64,000 bases of DNA from Psammoneis japonica. Taxonomy: Eukaryota. The notes under the pieces are model-generated. The model saw only the letters and a list, made by a program, of their open reading frames with translations, was not told the DNA's origin and ran no database searches. The DNA lies in the NCBI GenBank assembly GCA_008632985.1, contig QPGO01000315.1:1-64000 (forward strand), in the 5' to 3' direction. Position 1 is the stretch's first letter, and the number at the start of each line of letters is the position of its first letter. Below, piece by piece: positions 37,000 to 48,149 of the stretch. A program made the position numbers and the translations under genes.

Positions 37000-39272
37000 G
37001 TCAATGATGATTTCAGTTGAGTGATAGGAGAGTAGCAAGTTACTGCAGGGCCCTAGCTAGTCTACTAGATGGATTGAATGAGCTACGGTATCCCTGCCCG
37101 GCCCATGCATGCTGTGATGAGTGATGTGAGAGGTGAGAGAGTGTGAGTTCATTTTGGGTGGGAGCCTGACCGCTGATCGGTGATGTCGGCGTTATCCTGA
37201 TAATTTTGAACACACTCTTGCATGTGCCGGCACGCAATGAACGACTTTCCGCCCCAGCGACGACGAAGTCAACTTCTTCATGGGGTGCTGTGACAAGCAG
37301 TCAGACAGAGGTGGGTGTTCGAGCTGTGAAGAGCAGCCCCGTCTTCAACAAGAAAACTCAAGAGCATCCGCCTGTGTGTCATCCGTTTTCCCGCCAACTG
37401 TGATCAAAGGACCGCCGCAGCAGCCAGAGCACATGCCAGAGGAGCTCTGCTGCACGGAAATTTCTGCGCACAGTCATGGTGAACAGCACCCCCCCCAAAG
37501 CACTCAATTTGATGACAACAAAGTCCACAATCTTGGGCATTTGGGCCCCACCCTCACTCACAGAGATGCCCGCACTTGCCTGAATGACTTGTGCTCAGAT
37601 GGGCAACAGACACCAGCACGAAGATGAGAGAAAACTTGAGCTTCATTGGCTGCATGAACCCAGTTATTCAGTTTTGTGTGGGGGAAGTCTTGACATGTTT
37701 TTGTGAGTTGTGTGAGAGAGAAAAAAGCCTGAAGCAAGCCTGGCTGCAGCAGATGGAGTCAGAGCCCACCTGCTTTTGCCTGCGACGCCAATGAGGCCAC
37801 CTCACACAAGGGCAAAAGTCTTGCAAGCCATTGCCGCTCTCTTGTTTGTGTTCCAACAAGGAGAGCCCCAGCCACCATGTGGTGCAAAAATGCAAGAACC
37901 CCACTCAACAATGTGCTCTTCCCTTGTTTGATGAAGCACCGTGTGAGAATTTTCAAGTGGTTGTGCAGAAGGGTGCTGCCAGCAAGCGCACGAAACATCC
38001 TCCTTTTTCTGCCCAAATCTAAATGACGAGTGTGGCTGGCTTGTGTGCAGAGCAGTGGGTGGGCATTTTGGGCCAAATGTGTGCCAAAATCTGGTGTGCA
38101 AAATGGTCCATTGGACTGGCAGGTCAAACAAAAAAGCCAACGACAGAAGTGTGCACACTCCCGTCAAGCCACCAGAGGACTCAACAGGCCCTGCTGCCTC
38201 AACCAGCCCCACTTGCTGGCTGAAAGACACTTACAGAGGTCATGCACAAACACACACGTGCGTGACTGCTGCACACAACAGCAGAAACACAACGTCAAAT
38301 GGCCAGAAATCCAAGCTGGAGTGGTGCTGTGCAGACCAGTTGACAGAGGTGCTTGCAATGCTGTGTGTCTTTTTCATTGGCTCCAGCACATTTGAGCTGT
38401 CCACCATTTTCCTGCACTTGGCTGTGCAGCTCCAACTGAAAATTCCATTTTTTGAAAAACAAGTGATGGCTTGTTTGCAGTTTGGAAATTTCATGCAACT
38501 GTCTTGATGCAAAAAGTGGCCAACACCAAAGTGGAGCTCCCATCTTCATCAGCATTTCCGTCATGCCATCTGACTCCACTGTTGCCAAACACATGAAACA
38601 CTTTGTTTTTCACTCTCTTCCCGCACTTCTTCATGCAAAATCAAGCACAACAAATGCCACCACCTTTTTCATGGTGAAGCCAAGGTTGCACTGTCAAGTG
38701 TTCCGGTCAATCACACATTTTGCATCCTTGCAACTGTCTGCACTGTGTTTGGAGTTCTTCACCACCCACTGAGAAATGTTCCAATTGTTTGTCCAGTTTG
38801 TCATTGTCAAGCCCAAACTCTGCACAACTCTTGCTGGCATCCTCCCCATTGTGCTTTCTCTGCTTTTCATGAAGACATGCATTGGTGGCTGTGCGTGCAC
38901 ATCAAATGAAGTCAGGAGTTTGTCGCAGATCTCAATCTTCTCTTCATGCAGCCCAACCCCCCCCCCATTTCTCTCTTCAAAGTTCACAGTTGTTTTAACC
39001 CCCCCCCCCAGAAATTTGAGCACCAGATCAACAGAGACAAGAAGACAGCAGAGCAATGAGCTGAGACCAGAGCAAGTGTGGACATTCAAGCAAACTCCTG
39101 AGCTCTTTCCGAGTGCCCCCCCCCCCAGCCAAGTGCCAAGACACAAGGGCCAACAAGCGCCCATGTTGGCACACATGTCAACAACACAGCAAGAAAAAAA
39201 GGTGGCTTGTGAGCATGTGAGTTTTGCACTGCAACAAACAAAGAACTCCACCAACTGCGGTGTGCTTGCTGT

Positions 39273-39704
39273 TGCAGCATGCCTCGCTGCTGGACAACAC
39301 GGCGAGACCGTGCACAAGCCTCTTGTGCATGGCAACGCAGTGTTGTTAACACGCACCTGGGAAGCACGACCACAGGAGGGCGTGGCTCTGGGTCTCAGGC
39401 AATTCCAGAAGGATGCTAAGAGAGCGTCCGTGTGAAGCACACTGGCCCGTCATCTGGCCCACGATGGCAGCGTGATTCCACACTGTGACATCACTCGTGC
39501 ATGGCGCGTGATGGCTTGATTCGCACGATCCACAATGCGAACGCACGATCGATTTAATGCGATCCAAATGCGAACGAATGGGGATTTGGCAAGATTCCCT
39601 GTTCGCACGATCCCATTTTCTCTACTCTAAACTAGCTCACAATTTTCACAACGACAAAGTCGTAACACATCTTCTTTTTCAGCGCCTGGCACATGCATGG
39701 GGCA
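39273..39704 (+). repeat. 5' LTR
   Basis: 11 mismatches to the 3' LTR over 432 bp by manual alignment. Confidence 0.95.
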
Positions 39705-39798
39705 CAGCAACATTGCTCCCGCATGTTGTGCGAGGTGACGAAATCTACAGAAACGAAACTACGAAATGTTGGCAGGACCGACAAATCTTAAAACAACC

Positions 39799-42700
39799 AT
39801 GAAGAAGCGGATCAAGCCGCTGATTCCGTTCGCACGGCCGGAGAAGAAAGAGCTGCAGCAGGGCGAGTGCCAGACGTTCAAGCTGCGTAACAACCCCACT
39901 GATCCGGACAGTCCAATGCACGAGATGGGCATTCCGCACCTTTCTGCGGCTACATGCGAGACACTCCTGATCTTTCTGCGCAACGTGGATCGCGTGCACG
40001 AAGGACAAAACATCACGACCGGGCCAGCAAAATTTGCCCTTGTGCATGACCCACTGCAGGGCGATGCTCTGACGTCATTTGACAATGCCGCTGACAAGCA
40101 GGCATCCCAAACCAACGCTGCGTGCGCAGCATGCGTCGCGAAGCTAAAGGAAAGTGTCTTCCCACATGGGGCGGCACTGTTGCAGAAGCGTCATCTGCGG
40201 CGCTTCATGCGCAAGCCCGCAGAGGTTTCTGCTCGTGACTGTGTCACGAGGGCTGTTGAAATTAACGGCTGTGTCTCTCAGTTTCCACCCATGACGGAGG
40301 ATGGAAAAACACCGGCACCATTGCCTGATGATGAACTGTGCGATGTGTTCGAGTGCGGTGTGCCGAGTGCATGGCAGAAGTTCATGACGCTACAGAATTT
40401 TGACCCGTTGGCGCATGCTGTCGCCGAATTTGTGCAGTTCTGCGAGCGCACCGAGCAGGTCGAGCTTGCCGAAGGTAACCGCGACCAACACACTGGGGTC
40501 TCACGTAAGCGGGGACGTAGAACGGACAGTTCTGAGTCGTTGATCACGACCCAACCGAACACCCACGTGAAACGTGTCAAGACTGGACATTCCAGTGACG
40601 GAGGCAGCAAGCCTGACACAAAACCTCGGAATGAGGAAGATGTCAACACTCTCATCGGATCAAAGGTCGAGGAGTGCTTTGCCAACGCTCAGAAAAAGTG
40701 CAAGGCCCGCGAGGAGGAGCTTGATCACTTCCGCGACCTCAACTCAAGTGATTCCGAAGACTCGGACACTTGCCGACACGATGCAGGTAATTTTAATGCA
40801 TTGGATGAATGTGCAAATGAACAACTGAATTGCCATCGTACACGTGTTGCAGGCCAATCCCGCAAACAAGTTAAAAAGACTCATCTTGCTCCAATCTTGT
40901 TCACAGCCATGAATGCTGAACATGGCAAGGGCAAGACTCAAACCATCAAGGCACCACCAGACAGTGGCGCCAGCAGCACTCTGCTTGACAGTTGACACTG
41001 CAAACGTCTGCGAAGCCATTCAACGGCTGAGACAAACTGGGCTGCGGCAGCAGGCTCGTTTGGTGCATCTGACGACTGCACCGTTAAATTTCGGTCACCA
41101 GAATTGTCCAAAACTGCAGAACTTGAGCATGCCGTCCACGCACACAACGGAAAGTTGGGCAAGTGCGACATGATTGTTGGACGTGACATTCTGGAGACAC
41201 AAGGCATTGACGTTGTCTTCTCCAAACAGATGGTGGAGTGGCCATCAGTCAATGGAGAGGTGCCAATGAGGCACGCAAATGCTGCGGTGGAAACCTCCTT
41301 CTATCTTCAAGATCCAGAAGCCTTGTCTTCGGAAACCGACCGGATTTCGCATGTTTTAGACGCCAAGCACGCGCCGGCCTGCCTCGAGGACATGGCGCGA
41401 GGGGCAATGGGACTTTCTGTGGTTCAACAAAACGACCTTTTGGCACTGTTGAAACGCCATGAGTCCTCATTTGATGGGACATTGGGAGAATGGAAGGGAG
41501 AACCCTGCCACATCCAACTCAAGGAGGGTGTGGAACCACACCACGCTCATCCGTGTGAAGTGCCTCGTGCGTGCGAAGCTGTGCCACGCAAAGAAGTAGA
41601 ACGCCTGGCACGCATCGGTGTTCTCAAACGCGTCAACCGATCCCAATGGGCAGCTCCATCATTTGTCACACCGAAGAAAGATTTAACGGTGCGCTTTGTT
41701 GATGATTTCAGAGAGCTGAACAAACGGATCAAGCGATTGCCTCATCCGATTCCTCACATCCAAGATGTGCCACTTGAGCTCGAAGGCTTTGTGTGGGCTA
41801 CATCGCTGGATTTAAACATGGGCTGTCATCACATCCAATTGGACACTGATGGCAAGAAGCTCTGCACGCTCATCTTCCCGTGGGGCAAGTGTGAGATGCA
41901 GGCATTGCCCATGGGATCATGCAATTCGCCAGACATTTTCCAAGAACGCATGTCAGGCTCATTTGAAGATCTGTCGTTCGTTCGAACGTACTTGGATGAC
42001 CTTCTCGTTGTGACGAAAGGCACCTGTGAAGATCACCTCAACAAACTTGAAGAAGTTTTGTTGAGGGTCCAGAAAGCAGGACTAAAAGTTAACGCAACTA
42101 AATCTCATTTCTGTCAAACCCAATTAGAACACTTGGGTTGTCTGGTCAACAGAGATGGAGTGCGACCAACACCCAATGAAGTTGACGCCATTGAGCGAAT
42201 CGCGACCCCAACCAACAAACGCGACCTGCGTTCATTCATTGGCATGGTGAACTGCTGCCGTGACACGTGGATCAGACATTCTGAAGTCTTGGCTCCACTG
42301 ACACGACTCGCAAGCGAGACTGTCAAGTGGAAGTGGACGTCCGTTGAAGACGAGGCGTTCGAAACCGTTAAACGGGTGATGTCCGATGATGTTTTGTCAT
42401 CACATCCTGATTTTAACAAACCCTTTGAGATGCACACCGATGCCTCTAAACATCAATTGGGAGCAGTCATGTCCCAAGATGACAAACCCATCGCCTTTTA
42501 CAGCAGAAAGCTTGACAGTGCGCAATTAAATTGTGCAACAACGGAGAGAGAATTGCTCGCCATTGTGGAGACGTTGAAAGAATTTCGAACGATTCTCCTT
42601 GGTCATCGTGTGATCATGCACACTGATCATAAAAATCTCACGTGCAAAGCACTCAACACCGAGCGCGTCATGCGCTGGCGGTCAATGTGCGAAGAATGCG

Positions 42701-44030
42701 GTCCCGAATTACGCTGTGTTGAGGGTGCCCATGACCCAGTCGCTGACGCTCTTAGTCGCCGTCGACTGGCACCCAGCTTGCCTTCCGAGGCCAATCCGGA
42801 TGTAAAAGACACTCCATCGAGTCGTCCTTTGCATGAAGCCTTTAATGCAGACGCTCAAGATGAGCCATCTCTGCCCATTGGCTTCAAGCGCATTCAAAAA
42901 GCACAACAAAAGGACAAGCACCTGCTCTCAAGAGCTGAGGACTCGCCCGACTGCTCCATTCGCGCGCATCATGGGGGAGGGTCATCACGACAGTTAATCT
43001 GTCATAAGGACAAAATCGCAGCACCACAGTCATTGCAGGTTCCGCCAACTGAATGGTGCCACGAGACACTGTGTCATCCAGGTGAGACACGCACGGAAAC
43101 ATCTGTTGCCCAGCACTTCTGTTGGCCTGGTGTGAGGTCTACGGTGCATTCTACGTGTGTCAAGTGCGATCGATGCCAGAAGACAAAACGCTGAACGCAG
43201 CATTGTGGGAAGCCACCAGAAAAGGTCGCAGAGATAATTCCATGGGAGACTCTGTGCGTGGACATGACAGGGCCACATAAAATTCAAAGACGCGGAAAGG
43301 ACACTTTGCAATTGTGGGCAGTCACAATGATTGACCCAGCAACCGGGTGGTTCGAGATTGAAGAAGTGTCTGCGAAACGCGCAGACGTCGCAGCAAACGT
43401 CGTGGAACAAACGTGGCTGTGCAGATGTCCGTGGCCAACCCAGGTAGTTTATGACCGTGGGACAGAATTTGTGGCAGAATTTAGCCAGATGATTAAAAAT
43501 GACTGTGGGATTTTGAAGAAACCCACAAGCAAACGGAATCCACAGGCGAGTGCCACAGTGGAACGTGCACACCAGACACTTGGCAACATGGTGCGTTCCT
43601 TTTCAGTGCAGGATGTGGAACTGGACGAAGATGACCCATGGAGTGGCATCCTCTCCGCAGTGGCCTTCGCTGTCAGAGCTGCGGTGCACACGACCACGCG
43701 TGCAAGTCCCGTGCAATTGGTCTTCGGACGCGATGCGGTTTTGTCCATTGCCCATCATGCCAAGTGGAAGTGCATAGAAACCAGAAAGCAGAAGCTTGTC
43801 CACTTAAACAACAAGCGTGAAAATCAGAAATGCAAGGAGTGTCAATGTGCCGCAGGGCAATTGGCACTTGTCAAACAGGAACAATCCTCTAAATGCGGTT
43901 CTGACAGCTGTGCAGGACCCGCCAGAGTTGTCCGTGCACATGACAACGGCACGTTGCGCATCCAGAACGGAGCGCTGACAGATGCGCATAATCTACGGCA
44001 GATTGCACCCTGTCACCAGCAAGACATTCT
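39799..44030 (+). pseudogene. gag-pol polyprotein of the Gypsy element, two in-frame TGA stops and pervasive Tyr->Cys/His
   Basis: Protease DSGAS, RT DFRELNK / LPMG / YLDD, RNase H TDAS and ERELLAIV, integrase H-H-CxxC, CVDMTGP, YDRG, VERAH; TGA at 40993 and 43192. Confidence 0.93.
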
Positions 44031-44061
44031 GTCACTTGACGGCCCTGATCATGGGGGAGTG

Positions 44062-44493
44062 TGCAGCATGCCTCGCTGCTGGACAACACGGCGAGACCGT
44101 GCACAAGCCTCTTGTGCGTGGCAACGCAGTGTTGTTAACACGCACCTGGGAAGCACGACCACAGGAGGGCGTGGCTCTGGGTCTCAGGCAATTCCAGAAG
44201 GATGCTAAGAGAGCGTCCGTGTGAAGCACACTAGCCCGTCGTCTGGCCCACGATGGTAGCGTGATTCCACACGATGACATCACTCGTGCATGGCGCGTGA
44301 TGGCTTGATTCGCACGATCCACAATGCGAACGCACGATCGATTTGATGCGATCCAAATGCGAACGAACAGGGATTTGGCAAGATTCCCTGTTCGCACGAT
44401 CCCATTTTCTCTACTCTAAACTAGCTCATAATTTTCACAACGACAAAGTCGCAACACATCTTCTTTTTCAGCGCCTGGCACATGCATGGGGCA
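44062..44493 (+). repeat. 3' LTR
   Basis: Direct repeat of 39273-39704, offset 4789. Confidence 0.95.
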
Positions 44494-46299
44494 CTGTGTC
44501 ACCTTCCAGGTGCGGCATTGAGTTTCTCTGACAATTGCCAAGGCCACAAGCTTTCCCAAGGTTGCGTCACATCACTTCATTGAAAATGCATGCACTCTTC
44601 AATTGCAATGGCCAAAAAACAACGTGCCATGACTGCAAGCTGACCAAGACCCCAAGAAGCCAATGAAGAGTGTTGCAAGTTCATCGGCATTGCACAATGA
44701 AGGTTTCTGCCAAAGCTTGCCAAGTGGGAGCAAATGAAAGGCTGTCCATGATGAAAGCACTGCAGCAGTGCAAACACCTTGAAAAAGGCTTGAATGAGCT
44801 GCCTCTGGGATGCTCCCACAAGGAGAAAATGACAAGCTCTTCTCCAGCCCAAAACTTTTCATTTGTGGGTGTTCGCACGCTGGGGGAGTTCATCCCTGCA
44901 TTTGTCTTGACTGAAGTCACCATGGCATTTGAACAACTGCACTTGCAAGTGTTTGTTTTGAGCACAACAATTGCTCTTGTTGTTTGCACCTGATTGTGAG
45001 ATTGAGCCATGACAATGACTGCAGTCACCGACCTTTCTCAAAAATGCAGCTTGCCGTCCATGCAAACTTTCATGTGTGGCAGAGCTTTGGTGCGCGAGGA
45101 TCATGAAACAAGTGAGAGAGTTGGCAGATGGACCACCTCTGTCACAGACTTGTGGATTGCTGTTTTTACAATGGCGAAGCATGGTGAAATCGAGGGAAAA
45201 TCATGCAAATCACAAGCCACTCAGCCAAATTTGAGCCAAAAAAGCAGCACGCAGCAGCACCCTCAAGTGGGGTCATCCTCGCGTTTGTCCCAAAATTGCC
45301 ACAATGTTGAGTGAGGCTTTTTGTGGCATTTGTTCATGCACACAAAAGCCACTCTTGTTGTTGTCCATGTGCCTGCTCACCGATCATGCACAAAAACAAC
45401 AAGAGCGTGAGACACCACAGTTGATGATGGCCGAAAACAGCCTTTGTGACATTTCTCAACAATGCGGCTTGCTTTTTCAAGCACACAAGAGCTTTGGTGC
45501 ACAAGAAACACAAAACAATTGAGATTTGATAGATGGACAACCTCTGTCACAGACTTGTGGCTTGCTGCTCACCATGGCGAGGCACAGCGAAGCTCAGAAA
45601 CAACAAAAAAAATTCAGCGCAGATCGGGGGGAGAGGCCAGCAGGAGACACAGTGGTTTGCACCCCCCCCCCCCCCGTGCAAGCAGGCTGCAAGCACCTTC
45701 TCAAGCTGGAGCAACCTCAATCTTTTTTCCTTGGTGAGTCAAGAGCAGCCCACACGCCCACCCTTTGGGGCTCTGCTCTGGCCAGAGCTCCAGCTGCTGC
45801 CTGCATGTTTCCCGACGACTTGCGAGCTCTGGCTTGACTGAGCTCTGCTCCTCATGGCTTGCACCACAATCAACCAGAGTGCTCAGCCAGGAGCATCAGC
45901 AACTAGAGGAGAGAAGAGTCAGAGAGTGACAGAGGGCAATGGTCTTGCGATTGCACGAGCTGCTCAGCCGAACTCGAGCTAGTCTAACAAAGGTGGCGTT
46001 GAGAACAAAAAAGACATTCGTCGCGGCCGTTGACATTCTTGTTAACGCGCGCGGGACGAGCTCGAATTTTTCGTTCAACGGAAATCAAGCAACAGAAACC
46101 TCTCAATCTCCTCAAATCATTCGCTTGAAGTGAAAACCTAAAAGTTGTTGAAAGTTGAAAGATAACTTGAGTGTTGGTATTGTTACTTTTAGCACTGGCT
46201 TTTGCTTTTTGGGCAGAAGGTAATTTTACTTACTGCTCTGACAGATAGGTCGCCCTAAACCGGGAATCGTTCGACGACAGATAAAAAGGGAATGCAGCG

Positions 46300-47742
46300 A
46301 TGCCTTCGCCATCGCCGATATCTCAACGGCGCGGCACCAGTAGACCGTCAGCCCTCTCCAAGTCACGCCTGCGGTGGATCCTGGTCATCGTCGTTCCCGC
46401 CGTCGGCCTGCTACTTCTCCTAGCGATATGCCTAGTAAGTCTACTCCAGGACAGCGCCAATATCCCCTCAGCTCTCTTGCTCCAAGATGGCGCTAGCGAG
46501 TTGAAACAAGATTTCACCCCCATCGGCCGGAGACGGACCAAGGCTCATATTTGCTACTCTCGGGTACACGCGCAGATCGGTCGTCACATCCTAACAAATC
46601 CTGAATACGGCTTCAACTACACCGTCGTTAACGCCGAGACGAACATCAGTGATTGGGACATCATGTACGGCGGCTATCCTCACTGCGCCAAGGGCCGTCG
46701 CCACCACGGCAATTCCTGGGGATGGGATTGGGAAATGAAGTACGGTCTAAACGAGGCTCTGAATGATAGGGGTTGGGACAGCTTGTTGCCTCATCAGGTC
46801 TATCATCCTTGTATGGGGTGCAAGTTTTCGTATTGCAACAAGCGGGATATGTGTCGAATCATAAGAGACAGTGTTGACCCCGATCTTTGCTACGTCCTAC
46901 CGGATGACTTGGATAGGCTGAAGGCTAAGATGGATGGGAAGCAGGCGTGGGTTATGAAGGAAGATGCCACGAATGTGCATATTCATACGGGCATAGGTGT
47001 CAAGTACATGACGAAACCGGAGCAGCTTCCGGCTGCAGACTCATTGGCAAAGGGGATCTTTATGGTTCAGCCTTGGGTAGAACCCTTCCTCGGACCGGGT
47101 ATGTACAGAAGGAAGGCGGAGTTAAGGTTCTACGTTGCAATTACGGAAGTGTATCCTCTCCGAGCATATATACACAGTGAAAATTTCGTGGTCATGGCGG
47201 CGAAGCCCTATACAACCACCATGGATGCCCTTGATGATAAATGCATGCACGATACGCATAGTGGAAGTCACCAGTGCGACAAGTACGTATCGAAGGAATT
47301 CACGGATGCTATAAAGGACTCGTTGGTACAGAATCGAGCTATCATGTTTGACGATTACGCCAAGAGAGTGGAAATTTCGGCATCCAGGGCTGAGCAGATA
47401 ATAAGGGACGCGCATGAAATCATATCCAGCGTGGTTAAGGCAGGGCATTATGCATTAGAAGACCATCCTATCAACAAAGGCATCGACAAGAGTGGAGCCA
47501 TGTGCTTTTCCATTATGAGGATAGATATGGGCATAAGGGATGATTTGAAACCACTCATTTATGAAATCAGTGAGTTTCCTGGACTTTATGGGATAGGCGG
47601 CAGTGTGGAAGAGGGACTGCGCGGAAAGGAGGTTGTCGAGGACCTTTTTCGGATGATTGGTCTTGATGAGGTGCCTATGCCCAGGGATCAGAGGTCCCAA
47701 TATGAACAACAGCACATGGGAGGTTGGCTGCCGCTTCTATGA
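46300..47742 (+). CDS. Type II membrane protein with tubulin-tyrosine-ligase-like (ATP-grasp) domain
   Basis: N-terminal TM helix (WILVIVVPAVGLLLLLAICLVSLL); WVMK, MVQPWVEP, KAELRFYVAITEVYPLRAYI, CFSIMRIDMGIRDDLKPLIYEI resemble TTL-family motifs; intact 480 aa. Confidence 0.72.
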   Translation: MPSPSPISQRRGTSRPSALSKSRLRWILVIVVPAVGLLLLLAICLVSLLQDSANIPSALLLQDGASELKQDFTPIGRRRTKAHICYSRVHAQIGRHILTNPEYGFNYTVVNAETNISDWDIMYGGYPHCAKGRRHHGNSWGWDWEMKYGLNEALNDRGWDSLLPHQVYHPCMGCKFSYCNKRDMCRIIRDSVDPDLCYVLPDDLDRLKAKMDGKQAWVMKEDATNVHIHTGIGVKYMTKPEQLPAADSLAKGIFMVQPWVEPFLGPGMYRRKAELRFYVAITEVYPLRAYIHSENFVVMAAKPYTTTMDALDDKCMHDTHSGSHQCDKYVSKEFTDAIKDSLVQNRAIMFDDYAKRVEISASRAEQIIRDAHEIISSVVKAGHYALEDHPINKGIDKSGAMCFSIMRIDMGIRDDLKPLIYEISEFPGLYGIGGSVEEGLRGKEVVEDLFRMIGLDEVPMPRDQRSQYEQQHMGGWLPLL

Positions 47743-48149
47743 TAGTTCGTTTATTGTGCTGAGGCTTGCACTTTCGCTGCAGTGTTACAATTAGGTAGAT
47801 CTATCGAGAGAGCTCTATCGGCGACATGGCGAATCCACGCTAAATCTTAACATTAATTAAACCCATCTTTGTTCGAGGTTGATCTGCGATCGTTTCTTTG
47901 CATCCATGACGAAAGGATCAATCAAAATGCTGCGCCAGGACTCGATTCTAGTTACAGCAAGGAATTGGACAATGCTCCAGATGCAGAGCGACTTGCGAAT
48001 GTCCGATTTGCTCGAACTGTTGATCACTCGCGTAATTTGATGAGAGGTGAATGCAAACGTCCAACTTCTGAATAACACTGTCTTCAGAATCTGGCAGTTC
48101 TCCTTCATAACTGATCAAACCTTCTCCCTCAATTCGCAGGACAGATGTT

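Larger units (their letters stand above)
39273..44493 (+). mobile_element. Full-length Ty3/Gypsy LTR retrotransposon, inactivated; 4-bp TSD CTGT
   Basis: 432-bp LTRs TG...CA at 39273-39704 and 44062-44493; CTGT at 39269-39272 and 44494-44497; polypurine tract GGGGGAG just before the 3' LTR; domain order gag-PR-RT-RH-IN. Confidence 0.97.
37090..45900. repeat. TpA-depleted domain 4: old degenerate element (TpA and CpG depleted) interrupted by a younger LTR retrotransposon
   Basis: Flanks 37500-39270 and 44500-45900 lack both TA and most CG; broken long minus-strand frame; short direct repeat at ~45127 and ~45531. Confidence 0.85.

Noticed and set aside
37750..39270. Host element as a Mutator-like transposase relic
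   Set aside because: Only a weak MDH...IWP...H resemblance; too degraded to call.
39799..44030. Alternative genetic code or RNA editing to explain Cys/His at Tyr positions
   Set aside because: Neighbouring genes use Tyr codons normally, non-coding LTRs show the same changes, and both strands are affected.
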